A DNA stretch of 64,000 bases from Felis catus (taxonomy: Eukaryota). Of this stretch, positions 48,702-62,373 are shown piece by piece. Each line of letters opens with the position of its first letter. The stretch's first letter is position 1. Both the position numbers and the translations under genes were made by a program. The stretch covers positions 26,290,001 to 26,354,000 of the forward strand of contig NC_058369.1 in the NCBI RefSeq assembly GCF_018350175.1. The letters are read 5' to 3'. The notes beneath the pieces were generated by a model, which made no database searches, was not told the DNA's origin, and saw nothing but the letters and a program-made list of their open reading frames with translations.

Positions 48702-49420
48702 GGCAGCAAGAATCTACTGTTAACAGCAGCACTGGAAGCTAGAAGACAATGAAGTAGTTCTTAGAAATCCTGAAGAACAAATATTTCCCACTTAGAATTC
48801 CACATCAAGATTCTCTGTCATTCAAGTGTGAGGGTAGTATAAAGACATTTATACATGCAACTTTTCCAAAATAATTGACCTCTGCAGCACCATTTTTAGG
48901 AAGCTGACGGAGAGTATCTCCACCAAAAATCAGGGATTCTCTACAAAAAAAGAAGGTATGGATATAGTAATGGGGTTCACGGGAGAAAGGCAAAAGCATC
49001 CCTAGCATGATGTCCCAGGATGCCAGTTCTGCAGCAGAAGTGGGGACCACCAGTCCTGCCTGGAGCAGGGACTCTTCAAGAAGATGAATTGATGCATTTT
49101 TGTATCTGAGTATGTTGAGAAGATGCTTAGATGGAGAGCTTGGAGTTGAATAGAAAACTAAAACAAACAAACAAACAAACAAACAAACAGAAATGACCAG
49201 TTGATAAAAAGGAATAGTAAGCATGGCTCTCTGGCTCAGAGGTGAATATCACTTAACCTAAAGTAAGCAGGGATATTGCACTAAGTAAAAATTATAACTA
49301 TATTGGAGGGATTAGGAATAGGTTGTGCAGGGGATGAGATTAGGATTGTGAAAGAGAACTTAATCCATAATGGGAAATTAATAGATAATGCCTAAAAATG
49401 AAAATTCCTAGTGAATTTTC
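48100..49420 (+). mobile_element. Ancient L1 ORF1-like / HAL1-like remnant
   Basis: A-rich degraded motifs (TTCCAGATAGAAAGGGC, CTGGAAGCTAGAAGACAATG, TTCAAGTGTGAGGGTAG..AAAGACATTT); (AAAAC)n at 48662-48698. Confidence 0.6.
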
Positions 49421-49796
49421 CCCTGTACCAAAAAGATTGGCTCAGAGAATTGGATGCGGCTGTCTCGGGGAACGGGGAATGGCTAGGTCACCTGTTGGCA
49501 GAGGTATTTGTCAGGGGAGAGTGTCGTGGGACTGCTAACAATAAAAAAAAAAAAACTATTTGACTCTTGAAATTACATTCATGTATATGTTTGGTAAAAA
49601 GAAAACACTTTTTTTAAAGTTTTAAAGTTTCTATGGTTAATACAGCATTTTATCAATTCTCAGTTGCAGTTTTTCACATTTTATCATCCCTCTGAAATTA
49701 GGATACATCTTAATGAAATATGGCGGCTCAGGATTCTGATATTGCATCTTCTTTGGGGATGGCATGAGTATAATACTTTTTCTCTTTTAATTAAAG

Positions 49797-49983
49797 ATTG
49801 CAGGCCTAAGTCTACCTCTTCCTCCCAAAAAATTGATTGGTAACATGGATCGTGAATTCATAGCTGAGAGGCAGAAAGGTCTTCAGAACTATCTCAACGT
49901 TATCACCACAAATCATGTCTTGTCTAATTGTGAGCTGGTTAAGAAGTTTTTAGATCCAAACAACTATTCCGCAAACTACACTG
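49797..49983 (+). CDS. PXK: PXK exon 4 (IAGLSLPLPPKKLIGNMDREFIAERQKGLQNYL...ANYT)
   Basis: AAG acceptor, GTAAGC donor; 187 nt; PX proline-rich PPK loop and FIAER helix. Confidence 0.95.
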
Positions 49984-51049
49984 GTAAGCAAAGGGGTCTC
50001 CGAGCTACGGTTGCATGACTAAAGAGGCACTGTTCTTTGCTGGAGAAGACATGTGGGAGAAACTCTCCTTCCAAACGGGGACACGTGTACATTTGTTATA
50101 GGGCATTATTCCTTTACTAATACTTGCCTGATTGTAATTTACTGTAAGAGTATAAGAAGAAAATAATTACTTCTAAAATGTGTGTAATGTGTGCACAGAA
50201 GAATATGAAAGAGAAGTTATTGTGTGTGTGTACTTGGAGTCTTTTATTATCTTCCCTGGCAGAACAGAAAGTAAATAATCCACAGTAACCTAATTTGATT
50301 TTTAATTGGCTCTCCTTTCGTACTTACAGTATATAGCATGTCTACTTTCCTGGGAATTACTTTATTTTTTTTTAAGTTTATTTATTTTATTTTGAGAGAG
50401 AGTGTGCTCAAGTAAGGGAGGGGCAGAAAGAGGGAGGCAGAGGATCCCAAGCAGGTTCTGCACTGTCAGCACAGAGCCCGATGGGCGGCTCGAACCCATG
50501 AACTGTGAGATCATGACCTGAGCTGAAGTCGGATGCTTAACTGATTGAGCCAGTCAGTCAGGCGCCCTATCTGGGAATTACTTTAAACTGAGTGGTTCAG
50601 AAGGGTCCTCTCTGTGTCTTCCCAGTTGTTCCCAGAGACCTGCTCAGTGCAAAGCCTAAGGAGCTCTTCCAAATTTTCCCCAAATCAACCAGGGAACTGA
50701 GGTGGAGAGGGTGCCAGTTATACACAAAGCTAACGTCAATAACCTAAGCCTGTTGTCAGCAGAAGGAGTGATTAAATATTCAATATGCCTTGGGGTGGCC
50801 TTGAAGAGACCCATGGAAACTGTTGTAGAACCAAGCCAGAAACTAGAATTTGACTGAGCTGTTAAAGCTGACCCATGCTTAGAGTCTCAATGGAACTCTG
50901 GGTATTTTTAATAAGCTGATTTCCTTGCTAAGAGAATAGATTGTTCACACATTACATTTCATGTCCTCAAGACACTGCTTTTGAAGTCATTAGAAGGAGG
51001 CACTTTTATTCCTGTTTCAGAGAGAGGGAAATAGAGGGCTGCCTGTCAG

Positions 51050-51393
51050 GTACCAAACTTTTCTACATAATAAACTCAATCCAGGGAGCTTTAAAAAAAA
51101 TCCTGATGCCTAGGCTGCCCTCATGCCAATCAAATCAAAATCTCTACAGATGGGGGTGGGGGCTCCTGGTTTGGAAAGCTCCCCAAGAAATTCCAATATG
51201 CAGCTGAGTTTGAAAACCACAGCCCTTGGGCCTTGCTACTCACAGTGTGGTCCTCTGACCTACAGCACTGGCATCACTGGGACCTTGTCAGAAATGCTGA
51301 ATTCAGGCCCCATGCCAAACCTACAGATCAGGATCTGATTTTAACAAGGTCCCCAGGTTATTTGCATGCACATTAAAGTCTGAGAAGCCTCTG
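51050..51393. mobile_element. Two adjacent MER5-family fossils
   Basis: GGGAGCTTTAAAA..TGCCTAGG and GCTACTCACAGTGTGGTCC..TTTTAACAAGGTCCCCAGG..CACATTAAAGTCTGAGAAGC. Confidence 0.75.
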
Positions 51394-53335
51394 ATGTACC
51401 TCCTTTCTTCTCATGGAAGTACCTGCAGAGGTAAAAATGCCTTTCTAGAATGCAGCCAATAAAGGAAAGTTTAGTTCAAACTCACATTTACTCTAAGTTA
51501 CAAAATTGAGCATTAAGTTATTACAAGGCTTTTATTCTTCCCCCAGTTGTTTTTTGGTTCATACAGGAGAAAAGACATCACAGGATGGGGCTCCCAGGAC
51601 AGCTTAGATTCTTTCAGTGTGGCATCTCTCATGGCTTTCAGTCACCATGCTTCACCTCGATCATTCCCAAAATTGTCAGATGGCAAACCATCTGGATTGA
51701 CTGCTATCAAATCAGCCTTCACCTAGCCCTGTTCATTGGTTTGTCTACTTAGTTCCTGAGTGTCTGCTAATGTGCTCCTGAGGGCAAGCATCAAGGTGCA
51801 GTGCCTACATGATGATGCCGTTCATCCCATAGGCTCTCACTGTCTGCTCTGCCTGTGCTGTGTGCTGGGTGCAGGTCCGGGTGTCGGGGATGCAGGTGCA
51901 AGGAAGATGCGCTCCCTACGAGCAGGGAGCTTGTACCAGGAGTACATTGAATTACCTGGGGTCAGAGCTAGAAAAGATTTGGAGCAGGCATGTCAAGACC
52001 AACCCTTTCATTTCATAGATGAGAGGTCACCTGAGAGGAAAGGCCTTACCTAGGGCTGCACATTCGTATGACTGTACAAGCATACAACGTGTGTTTTCCA
52101 GTTAAGATGCTGCTTTGCCCCTGGAAGATGATCTGATCCCTGTATTTCCTACTACTGTACCCCTCACATGCTACTATTTTTCTTGATCTTTCTCCTTTCC
52201 CCCTGTATGGCAGAACAGTCAGGAGTCCAAAGCATATGTGGGCAGAGGTATAATAAGGTTGCTAGAGACTCCCACCGGAACCCAAGTGCTCAAGAAGGCG
52301 GCACAGTCCTGGAATGAAACAGTAGGGGATGGAGGCTGTTTGCAGAGCATATGCTGATTTATTGCCCCTTTTGAATGAAACTGTCAGAACTTGTCTTATC
52401 TCTAGGCTGACCCACTAGCAGCCTCAAAAGGGAAGCCCAGGCAGCCTCCTCTGTACCAGCTTGACAGCCAGTCCCTGGAAAGCCAGGTGGACTGGTCCAG
52501 GCTTCCTGAAACTCAAAGCATGGCCTGTGGTTCCTGAGGACACTCTGCATACCTCCGCCATGTGGCACCTCTCGAAGCAGGGCCACTTCCCCCTTTCATC
52601 TGGGTAATGTCTCCACCTCTTATCCTTTTCCAAATGGTCTGTGGTCACCACCCCTTTCCACTTCAGCAGGATGTGCATGCTGCATTCATGTGGCCAAAGT
52701 CACCAACGCCACTCTTGCTGTCTCTTGCTCTGAGGTTGAAGATGCCTTGTTGGAGTGGGGACTCTGATGCCACAACAGTGTCCAGGTGGTAGGTAACTAG
52801 GAGCTTCAGGGCACCAGTGGCTGCTCCTCTCTCGCTGGGTCTCCAGCCTGGGATTGCTGATCTTTTCCTTCTTTTCCTGGTGTTCTCCAGATGACCAAGG
52901 AAATACAGGTCCTTAGTGCTCTTGTGGGGGAGTTATGAGATGCCCATTTGTATTTTGTTTCAGTTTTTTTTTAAGTTTATTTAATTTTTGACAGAGAAAG
53001 TGTGAGTAGGGGAGGGGCAGAGAGTGAGGGAAAGAAAATCCCAAGCAGGTTCCACACTGTCAGTGCAGTGCCTTATGCAGGCTCGAACCCATGAACTGTG
53101 AGATCATGACCCGAGCCAAAATTGGACACTTAACCATCTGAGCCACCAAGGTGCCCCTGTTGACTTTTTATTTAAATTCCAAAGGTGTCCATTTGTGTTA
53201 CTACCAAGTCTCATTGAGGGCCAGCCAATGTATAGGGAAAACAGGTGTTTCCCAGTCACTAGGGGCTTGTATTGGAAAACGCACACACACATGCCCCACC
53301 CCACACAAACCTCACCTTATTCATCTAACAAGATG

Positions 53336-53368
53336 CTTCTTTTCTTTTCTTTCTTTCTTCTTTCTTTT

Positions 53369-53408
<40 letters not shown>

Positions 53409-53523
53409 TTCTTTCTTTCTTTCTTCTTTCTTTTCTCTTTCTTTTTTCTTTCTTTCTTTCTTTCTTTCTTTTTCTTTCTTCTTTTCTCTTTTTTCTTTCT
53501 TTTCTCTTTCTTTTTTGTCTCTT

Positions 53524-53577
<54 letters not shown>
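53336..53577. repeat. (CTTT)n/(CT)n pyrimidine tract
   Basis: 242 nt with a single purine (G53517). Confidence 0.95.
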
Positions 53578-53579
<2 letters not shown>

Positions 53580-56500
53580 GCTTCTATCATTTAAAAACCT
53601 GTCTGAGTGGCTCAGTCAGTTAAGCATCTAAGTTCAGCTCAGGTCATGATTGCGAGTTTGAGCCCCGTGTAGGGTGCCTAGAACCTGCTTTGAATTCTGT
53701 GTCTCTCTCTCTCTGCCCCTTCCTTGCTCGTGCTTTGTCTCTGTCTCTCTCTCAAAAATAAATAAACATTAAAAAACATTTTTTAAAGCCTCAGTGCAGT
53801 GTAGCCATCTTCCTGCTTCAGACCTCAAACCTCCTCAGAATAGGGGATTTTTAATGTCCATTTTTAATGTCCATGCAAAAGTCACTTGTACCAGAGATGA
53901 GGAGCTTGGATCCCGGTGACAGCTTTATAGCATTTCCCCTCTGTGAACCTCAGGTCCTGATGTATAAAACAAGAAGAGGGGAAAGGGGAGTGGACAGGAA
54001 GTGGACAGGCCCTCTTCTACCCAGGAACCCTGTGAGTAAGTCAGGCAGTAGTGGGCCCAAGTGGGGGTGTGGATTGTGTTCAGAACGAGAGCAGGATGCT
54101 TTGGGAGGTTGTAGGCCGCAGTCCGCTGTGCAGACCTCCACACATCTACTCCTGCTGTAGACCCCCTCTACTACTCCTGCTGTAGTAGATGGGGGATCTG
54201 GAGCCCAGCTGCTGGGCTGGAGGAGGCTGTTCCCTATAATCATCATGGAGCTGGGATCTAGGAGCTCAGAGATTGCACATACTGGGGGCAACTGGTATAT
54301 TCTGAGCTGAGAAGTCAGAGCTCTGTGGGAAGCACAGGATGGGCCTGAAGGCATTGTTGTGCATTTCCTGCCTGGGGCTGGTTTATCAGCATTTCCTGAG
54401 CATGCAGTTTTTCCCCAGGTGTCAGTCAGTGTTCAAGAAGTAAGAGAGCAGATGCCTTTCATTTCGTGGATTTAGTGTTCTAATGGGAGAGAGCATCCAC
54501 ATCCATTGAACACATGTTGAACTCTTAGTTCTTGCTTTATGGAATATTTATTGAGTGCCTACTCTGTGTCAGGTGCTACAAATACAGCATTGAGCAAAAT
54601 ATAGTCCCCTACCCGCACCCCAAGGCACTTCTGCAGGGAGATTGACAGGTGAAGGCTGTGGCAGAGTAGACATGGAGCAGCACCTTGAGGGTAGGGGTAG
54701 AGGGGCAGATGATCCAGATCTGAAGGTGGAGGAAGGCTTCCAGAGAAGTTGATACCTACGTGGAGATCTAAGGATAAGTAGAAGTTTGCCAGGCCAGAGG
54801 CAAGGGCCAGTGCTCCAGGAGAGAAAAAAATATTTCCATGTAGCTGTGGGCTTTTGCCCACACTAAGACATAGCCTTCCAGCTGGAGTTCACAGTCTAAT
54901 GGAAGAGAGTAGCCATACCTCAGGACAGTCCACGGTGAATCCCATAGGAGAAGGACACTTGTAGCTCTGGGAATGTACAGAGGATGGAGGGCCCAGGGAG
55001 ACCTGGCTAGGGGAGCAGCAGATTTGGGTTGACCCTTGAAGGACAGGAATGGAAAATGCAGAGGGGTGGGGTCAGGCAGTCTTCTGGGGGTCAAGGCAGG
55101 CAAACCTAGGTACCACATGTTGTGGAGGGGTAAAGACAGAAAGACAAGTTAAAGCCAGAGCTGAGTTAACACTAGATTTAGAAGCTTGGCCTTGATTTTG
55201 TTAGGAAATGGTGTGCTAGTAAATGTTTCTAAGCAGAGGAGTAGATGCTTACGATTGAAGTGTGTTGGCTGAATCTGGGGAGGGAGGGGATTCATACTGA
55301 AAGTGTAGGTATGTGATTTGCTTCACAATAAGTCATAGTTCAAGGGAAAGAAAATGTCCTTTCTGCAATTTCCTGATTCTCTAAGGTAAAAAAAAAAAAA
55401 AATCAGTTTTCCAGTCCTTAATTTATCAGTAACAAATTCAGCACGTTCTGTTTGTTGACAGCTATTTCCCCCATTCCTAGAACAACATGTGGTACGTAGT
55501 AGCATACGATAAATGTTGAATAAGGATTTTGCGGGAAATTATGAGTCACTGTTGGTTGTGAATGAACTGTCCTTTACAGCTCTTAGAATCACATTGTACT
55601 GCATTTAGAAAATTATTTTTCATGATCCTTCTCAAAGTTGATGATTTTCACTGAAAACAATGTGTTTTTAAGTTATGTTGAAGTTGTTTTACGATTGTTT
55701 ACATTCAAGTTGTTTTGGAAATGCTAAAACATTTTTATCAACATTAATTATAGAGGAGGTACAGAGGTCCCAGTGTTGATTATGAAAATTTTATATGCTT
55801 CTGCCATACTCAGTCCCTCCAGATGGTTTGTCGCTTTGGGGTAGTTAGAACAAATGTAGGTGGAGTCAGTTTTGTATTTGATCATGTCTTGTTTTCTTCT
55901 GTGTGGATAGCATCAACACTTTATGTATCGAGTCACTAAACGAGTCGATTGTTTTCTTCCCCGAATCTCTTTTTTTTTTTAAATTTTTTTTTTCCACGTT
56001 TATTTATTTTTGGGACAGAGAGAGACAGAGCATGAACAGGGGAGGGGCAGAGAGAGAGGGAGACACAGTATCGGAAACAGGCTCCAGGCTCCGAGCCATC
56101 AGCCCAGAGCCTGACGCGGGGCTCGAACTCACGGACCGCGAGATCGTGATCTGGCTGAAGTTGGACGCTTAACCGACTGTGCCACCCAGGCACCCCTTCC
56201 CCGAATCTCTTAACTCATAATATGCCGTAAAATATATGACATTGTTTGCCAAGTGCTTGGCATGGTAATTCCAGACTAGGTCATTCTGACATATGGAGAG
56301 CATTTTTGCCGAATCTCTTATTCCTCACCAGTGTGCCTGGAATGTCATTCATGCTAGGTGGAGGTGAAATTCCACAGTGAACTTGCAGTGTTGCTGTTTG
56401 CTTTCAGGGATCTAGAGTGGCTTCATTTTCTCATTGCATTGAGGGAAAATAGCAAATTACAGATGTTGCTTTTTGCAGGAAATGTAAAAAGGCACAGTTG

Positions 56501-57332
56501 TTCTGATAATTTCTTAATACAGTGAACGTTAAAGAACTTCCTCTTCTCATTGTCTTCTTAAAAGGGGGAAACGTTCTTACGATACATGAACACAAAAGAA
56601 GGATGGATTATTTTTCCAGTAAACAGGGGTATGGTAACTTCCCACAATAGAACTGTGTTGTTGCTGTACATAGATGTTTTTCTAAAACACTGGCTTTTAT
56701 TTCCAATATATATTTAAGGCTAATCGCTTCTTTGTTGGTGAAAGCTGTAATTCCATGAGGAATGAAGACAGGATAAATATCACTTGGAGCAACATAAAGA
56801 CTGTTCTGAGCTGACCTCAGATCACATTTTGAATTTTGTGCTTGGGTTGTGGCCTGGTGCATATAATGAAGTCCTGGCTTATGCTAACTAGTTTAGGTAT
56901 TTTAGATCTTTCAGTTTAAAAAATATCTATGCATTTTTTTGTATCATTAATAATTACTCTTTTTAATAAACTTTTTACTTTGGAATAATTTTAGACTTAT
57001 AGAGTACAGAGAGTTTCCATATACCACCCCTCACCGAATTTCCCCATCTTACATGACCATGGCACAGTTATCAAAACTAAGAAATCAACATTGGTGCATT
57101 ACTATTAACTACAGATTCTATGCAGATTTCACTAGTTTTTCCACTAGTGTCCTTTTTCTGTTCCAGGATCCAATCTAGAATCCTACATTGCAGTTATATC
57201 TGCAGATTTTTTTTAATTAAGTTTTTTAAGAAGGTCATAGACCATAAGGATTTCATTTGCTAGAATAAGATCTTAAGCATATGGTACTTTCATGATAGGT
57301 TTGCCTGATGAGTTTCTAAAATGTCTTTGCAG

Positions 57333-57410
57333 AGATTGCCTTACAGCAAGTTTCCATGTTCTTCCGATCAGAACCAAAGTGGGAGGTGGTAGAACCGTTG
57401 AAAGACATAG
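57333..57410 (+). CDS. PXK: PXK exon 5 (EIALQQVSMFFRSEPKWEVVEPLKDI)
   Basis: TTTGCAG acceptor, GTGAGA donor; 78 nt, phase 1-1. Confidence 0.93.
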
Positions 57411-57940
57411 GTGAGAAACTGGCATATGTCTAGTCTGTTAATACAGGTCACAGAACTGGACTCTTTGTCACACTTTCCTATCTGTATCCTGAGAAAGCTC
57501 TTAAATGCAGGTGATTTCTTTTTCTTTTTGCTTTCTGACTGCCTGGAGGTGCAGCCCATAATTTTTATACTTCATGAATCTTGGGTAAAGCACTACCTGA
57601 GGGTTTGGAGGGTAGTACTGTGTACTTTTAGGGCCCTCATTCATTTGCCGTCACTCTTTCTCACTAAACTTTAACTGAAGTTTTTCTATTCCCGTGAATA
57701 GAATAGTTTCTTTGCCGTTGTTTTTGGTGTTTTTTTGGTGGGGTTTCTGGACTTTTTGTTTTGTTTTGCTTTTCTTAAGTACAGTCTTTCCCATGTCAAC
57801 ATTACCAAATGGTCATTTTGCTGGTGCCTGTGTTACTGTGGATAGTATTACCAAACTTAAGTTTTATTATTCTTTAGTTGGTGATATTTCTGTTGGTGTA
57901 AAAATGATATGCTATAAATACATCTCTGATTTTATGGCAG

Positions 57941-58014
57941 GTTGGAGAATAAGGAAGAAATATTTCTTGATGAAGATTAAAAATCAGCCAAAGGAACGGC
58001 TAGTGTTAAGCTGG
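57941..58014 (+). CDS. PXK: PXK exon 6 (GWRIRKKYFLMKIKNQPKERLVLSW)
   Basis: GGCAG acceptor, GTAAGC donor; 74 nt; seen inside ORF 57694..58056. Confidence 0.93.
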
Positions 58015-58576
58015 GTAAGCCGGTTTTTTGCTTCAGTCTCATTTCAGGGACTTTAGCTGGGTTTATGAAAGCAGATATTGGAAAAGAGAATTAAGAAACT
58101 GTACTGTGCTCCTGAATGATGTATAAGGCCTCTTCAGTCCCACAACAAAAGAGAGTCATTTTGAGTCACTTTGCTTATTCATTTGGTTATATGGATGTGA
58201 TATTATCTGATCAACTAGTAAACATCTGGAAAGAAACAGGAACAGCTTAAAATATTTCTGGAGCCTCTTTAGGATTGGCAATTTTGCAGTTTGTTTTAAG
58301 GAAGACATACTTGAACATTACTTTATGTTATATCTCTCACTTTGGGAGTTCTAGTGATTTGGTTAATGGAATTTGATAAGAGTGTAGTTAAATCCTGGTA
58401 CATATATGTTTATATTCTACCTCTCCAGAAAAGCCTTGAGGCAACAAGACTTAGTGTGGTTTTCATCTTTGGTTTACAGTCATATATTTGGGCAAATGAA
58501 AAAAGGGAAAGAGTAACAAGGAATTTTTCTTTTGATTACTAAGGCAACACCCTAATATTTCCCCCCATGTTTTCAG

Positions 58577-58651
58577 GCTGACCTTGGTCCTGACAAGTAT
58601 CTGTCAGATAAAGATTTTCAGTGTCTAATCAAACTTCTGCCTTCCTGTTTG
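58577..58651 (+). CDS. PXK: PXK exon 7 (ADLGPDKYLSDKDFQCLIKLLPSCL)
   Basis: TTTTCAG acceptor, GTGAGT donor; 75 nt. Confidence 0.93.
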
Positions 58652-59495
58652 GTGAGTACAAGCCCTTCTATTATTCTATGTACTGATGACAGATTCACAG
58701 TGTTTTCTTGTAGGTGACCATGGACAGATGAGCTGGAAATACTCTGTAGGCTCAACGGAATGGAGAGGTAGAGTGGATTTTAGTTCAGACTGAAATTGTT
58801 CAGGGTTACTCCCATAGTTCAGAGGCCATTTAAATGGCATTCGTGACATCTACACAAACCATGAAACATGATAATTTAAATGGTTATGTGTGTTTTAAAC
58901 AAATGTCAGAGTAGGAAAGCACCCACTTTGTTCTTGATGAGGATGCTTATATCCATGGAATTGAAAGATCTGTTTCTAGCCTGAGAAAACAGAACTAATA
59001 TAGATTTAGATAGGCTGGGTACGGGGAAGCACAAGAGCTCTTTCGCTGGCTGAGTCACTATTCTCACAGGCCAAATAGTTGGCCTTTAGGAGTGCCTGGT
59101 ATTGTTTATACTAATGTACATTTTGATCCAAGGCCTTTAGTGGAAAAAAACACATCAATATGTTTCAGAATATATGCAGAATGTCTTCAGGAAAAGACTA
59201 ATCTGGCCAGAAAATTGAGTTAGTATTGATGTTCTTTATCTGTGGTCTGCATGAGGATGTAGGACCCTAGACTGAGTCATTCATGAGCACAATTATGCTG
59301 ACCTGTCTAGTTGGGTTGGCAAGTTCGTTTTTGAAGATAGAAGGTCTTGTCAGGCTAGCAAAACCAAGCTTTTAATGAAGTGTGATATGTAGCCAAGAAA
59401 AATGCTGTGGTCTTTGAGTGCGATTAGTTGTGTGACACAGGCTCTCAGCATTCAATTCCATTTTTTTTTTTTTAATTTTGGTTTTCAACATACAT

Positions 59496-59530
<35 letters not shown>

Positions 59531-60371
59531 GAGAATGAATACACGAACAGGGGAGGGGCAGAGGGAGAGATGGAGTCACAGAATCCGAAGCAGGCTCTAG
59601 GTTCTGAGCTGTCAGCACAGAGCCTCAGGCAGGGCTTGAACCCATGAACTGTGAGATCACGACGACTTGAGCCGAAGTTGGACACTTAACCAACTGAGCC
59701 ACCCAGACGCCCCTCCAAATTTCTTTTAATGGTTGTGGTTTTTTAAAAGGAGGTAGTACAGATAAGTGGTGCATATTAAAATTGTGGAAAGTCAGAAAAC
59801 ATGGAAAAGCAAAAATAAAATAAAACTCGTAATCCCAACCAACCAGAAGCATGAACCAAAATGTGTAGTTGTTGCTTTTCTAGAGCTTTATATGGTTATT
59901 TTTGAAAAATTATATACATACTATTTTAAAACCTGATTTTTTGGTTAATGGTATACCATGCGCATCTTTTATGTTGAATACATATAGTATAACATCATTA
60001 TTCTGGCTCCATAGAATTGTCGTTGGCTTTACTTCAGTTTATTCAGCTAATCTTATACTAGACATTTGGACCACTTCCAGTTTTTTGTTCTTATTTAAAA
60101 AAAAAAAAAAGCCACAGTGAACAATTCAGGCTAAACATTTGTACCCATCCTTAATTATTTTCATAAGATGATAAGAATTAATAAAGGAGATATTTTGAGA
60201 CTGTATAAATATCCTGTTGTTACCAAATCCACTAGTTTTAGCCTCATTGAGATTTTCCAACTTCATCATTCTTCTTAGGTTTATGAGTTGGCACTCTAAG
60301 GAAGAGCTTCCTATTCTCCCCTCTGTTTATATCGTATGGACTCAAAGATTTTTATTTTATTCATTGGGTTC

Positions 60372-60512
60372 CTTTTTGGGGTGATGAAAATGTTCTAAAA
60401 TTAGGTTGTGTGGTAGTTTGTACAGCTCTGAATATACTGAAAACCATTGACTTGTGCACTGTAAATAGATGAATTTTAATGGTATGTGCGGTTATATTTC
60501 AATAAAGCTGTT
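60372..60512 (+). mobile_element. L1M 3'-end fragment
   Basis: TTTTGGGGTGATGAAAATGTTCTAAAATTAG..TCAATAAAGCTGTT. Confidence 0.75.
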
Positions 60513-61607
60513 AGAGTGTCAACATCAATCATTTTGATGTGATGATCAGGAGAAACTTCATGATCAGTTACTGTATTTTTTGGACATACCCTTCCATCCC
60601 CACCCCACTCAACTCCTGCCTCCCGATTCCTTGCACAGCTCAGCTCAGCTCCTAAGGGTTTAAGTTTTAATGTTATTCCTTTGAGCTAATGGATATTGTA
60701 ATATCTGTCTGAAGCCACTTTGTTCATGTAACCAAAATTCCAGGTCATACGAGGACTTTCCTTTCAGTCATTAAATAATTTGTCTCACTCTTCACCCCAC
60801 TTGGTTGACTCAGTGTCCCCATCTCAGGAATACCCTGTGAATCGTCATATTGCACACTCCAGTAGAAGGATCGGAAGGTTCTTGCAAGCTGCTTTTGATA
60901 AGGGCTTAAGATGCCAAAGGATGCTGCTTTTGCTTGTTTTCTGGCTTTTACATTCCCTGGCGTGGTACCGAACAGCAGTGTGAAAATGTTAGGCAAAGCT
61001 GTGAATAAAGACACATTTACCCTGGTCCTCACTTGGCTGTTCTAGGATTTGGCTATAGTCTTTACCAGTTTACAGCAGCAGAATATTAAAACCACTGTCC
61101 CCCAAACTCAGACTTTCTCTTTCTTCCACCCTTTTGCCTGGGTTCTGAGAATGTGCATACCCAGGCAGGTACCTTCACATGTAGAGCTCACCGTGCTGGT
61201 TAGCCACCTCCCTTTGTTTATGTTCCTTCTCTCATCTAAAGAACCAGGTACACCTGCATGGCTCAGTCGCTTAAGTGTCTGACTCTTGATTTCGGCTTGG
61301 GGTGAGATCGAGCCCTGCATGGGACTCCGTGCTGACAGCGGGGAGCCTACTTGGGATTTTCACTCTCCCCCTCTCTCTGCCCCTCTCCCCTCACGCTCTG
61401 TCTCTCTCCAAATAAACATTTAAAAAAATAAAGAACGAGGTGCTAGTTGATCATCTTGTAAGAAAATGCCATGTGTTCAGGGACATCCCCACATTTATGT
61501 GCAACTACACAGCTGAAATGGTACTTGTCTCTATGTAACCAGATTCTTATCTCAAAGGACCTAGACACTGATGTGAATAATCGTGAATTTCTTTCTTGTT
61601 TTGGCAG

Positions 61608-61712
61608 CACCCTTACATCTATCGGGTCACCTTTGCCACAGCTAATGAATCCTCAGCATTGCTTATTAGGATGTTTAATGAAAAAGGAACTTTGAAGGAC
61701 CTGATCTACAAG
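61608..61712 (+). CDS. PXK: PXK exon 8 (HPYIYRVTFATANESSALLIRMFNEKGTLKDLIYK)
   Basis: GGCAG acceptor, GTACTT donor; 105 nt; kinase-fold HPYI and GTLKDLI motifs. Confidence 0.94.
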
Positions 61713-62271
61713 GTACTTGTGCAAGTTCATGGTCATAAGGACTTTCTCAAGTCCCTTCAGAACCTGTTGTTGATACTTGATCTTTAAGTTTCCAGAAGTT
61801 AGGCCCTGGGGGCTTTATTTTAATTTTGATTTTATTTGGAATCTATTTTGACTTTAACAATAAAACTACCCAGTCTGGTTAAAGAGCATTCCTTTCCCCA
61901 CATGGAAGAAGGTTGGACACACAATGCTTAGGTCCATTACATTGTAGGCTGCTTTCTTAGGTCAGTTTTGAAGTTTGTGTCTTTCACTTAAGAAAGCAAT
62001 ACTGCAGTATCTCAGGAAAGTTGGAAAATAGGACTTTGGGGCCTGCCAAGGTCAAGACCTGTTTGATCTTCACTGGACTAGAGAAGGGATGGAACCCAGG
62101 TCAGCTTCTTTCTATCAACTGTACAGACCCTTGTATTTTAAAAAACCACCTCCTGTGAGCTGATCTCATCAGGCACCACCAGCTGCTCAGACTCCTCCCT
62201 GTTCCAGGAGGCTGTGTGCAGAATGTAAACCCTCTGCTGCTTTCTTATGTGCTCTTTGTTCTTTTCCAAAG

Positions 62272-62373
62272 GCAAAACCAAAAGACCCATTCCTAAAGAA
62301 GTACTGCAACCCTAAGAAGATCCAGGGCCTTGAACTCCAGCAAATAAAAACATATGGGCGGCAAATATTAGAG
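62272..62373 (+). CDS. PXK: PXK exon 9 (AKPKDPFLKKYCNPKKIQGLELQQIKTYGRQILE)
   Basis: Polypyrimidine tract and AAG acceptor, GTAAGA donor; 102 nt. Confidence 0.94.

Noticed and set aside
56309..56320. Third copy of CCGAATCTCTTA near the SINE TSD
   Set aside because: Single 12-mer with no associated element; cannot be distinguished from chance or a trivial local duplication
57331..57334. CAGAG tandem acceptors (also RPP14 531-534)
   Set aside because: The downstream AG is offset by 2 nt and would frameshift; not a NAGNAG
16900..59300. Scattered AP-1 TGA(C/G)TCA sites
   Set aside because: Count is close to chance expectation for a 7-mer in 64 kb
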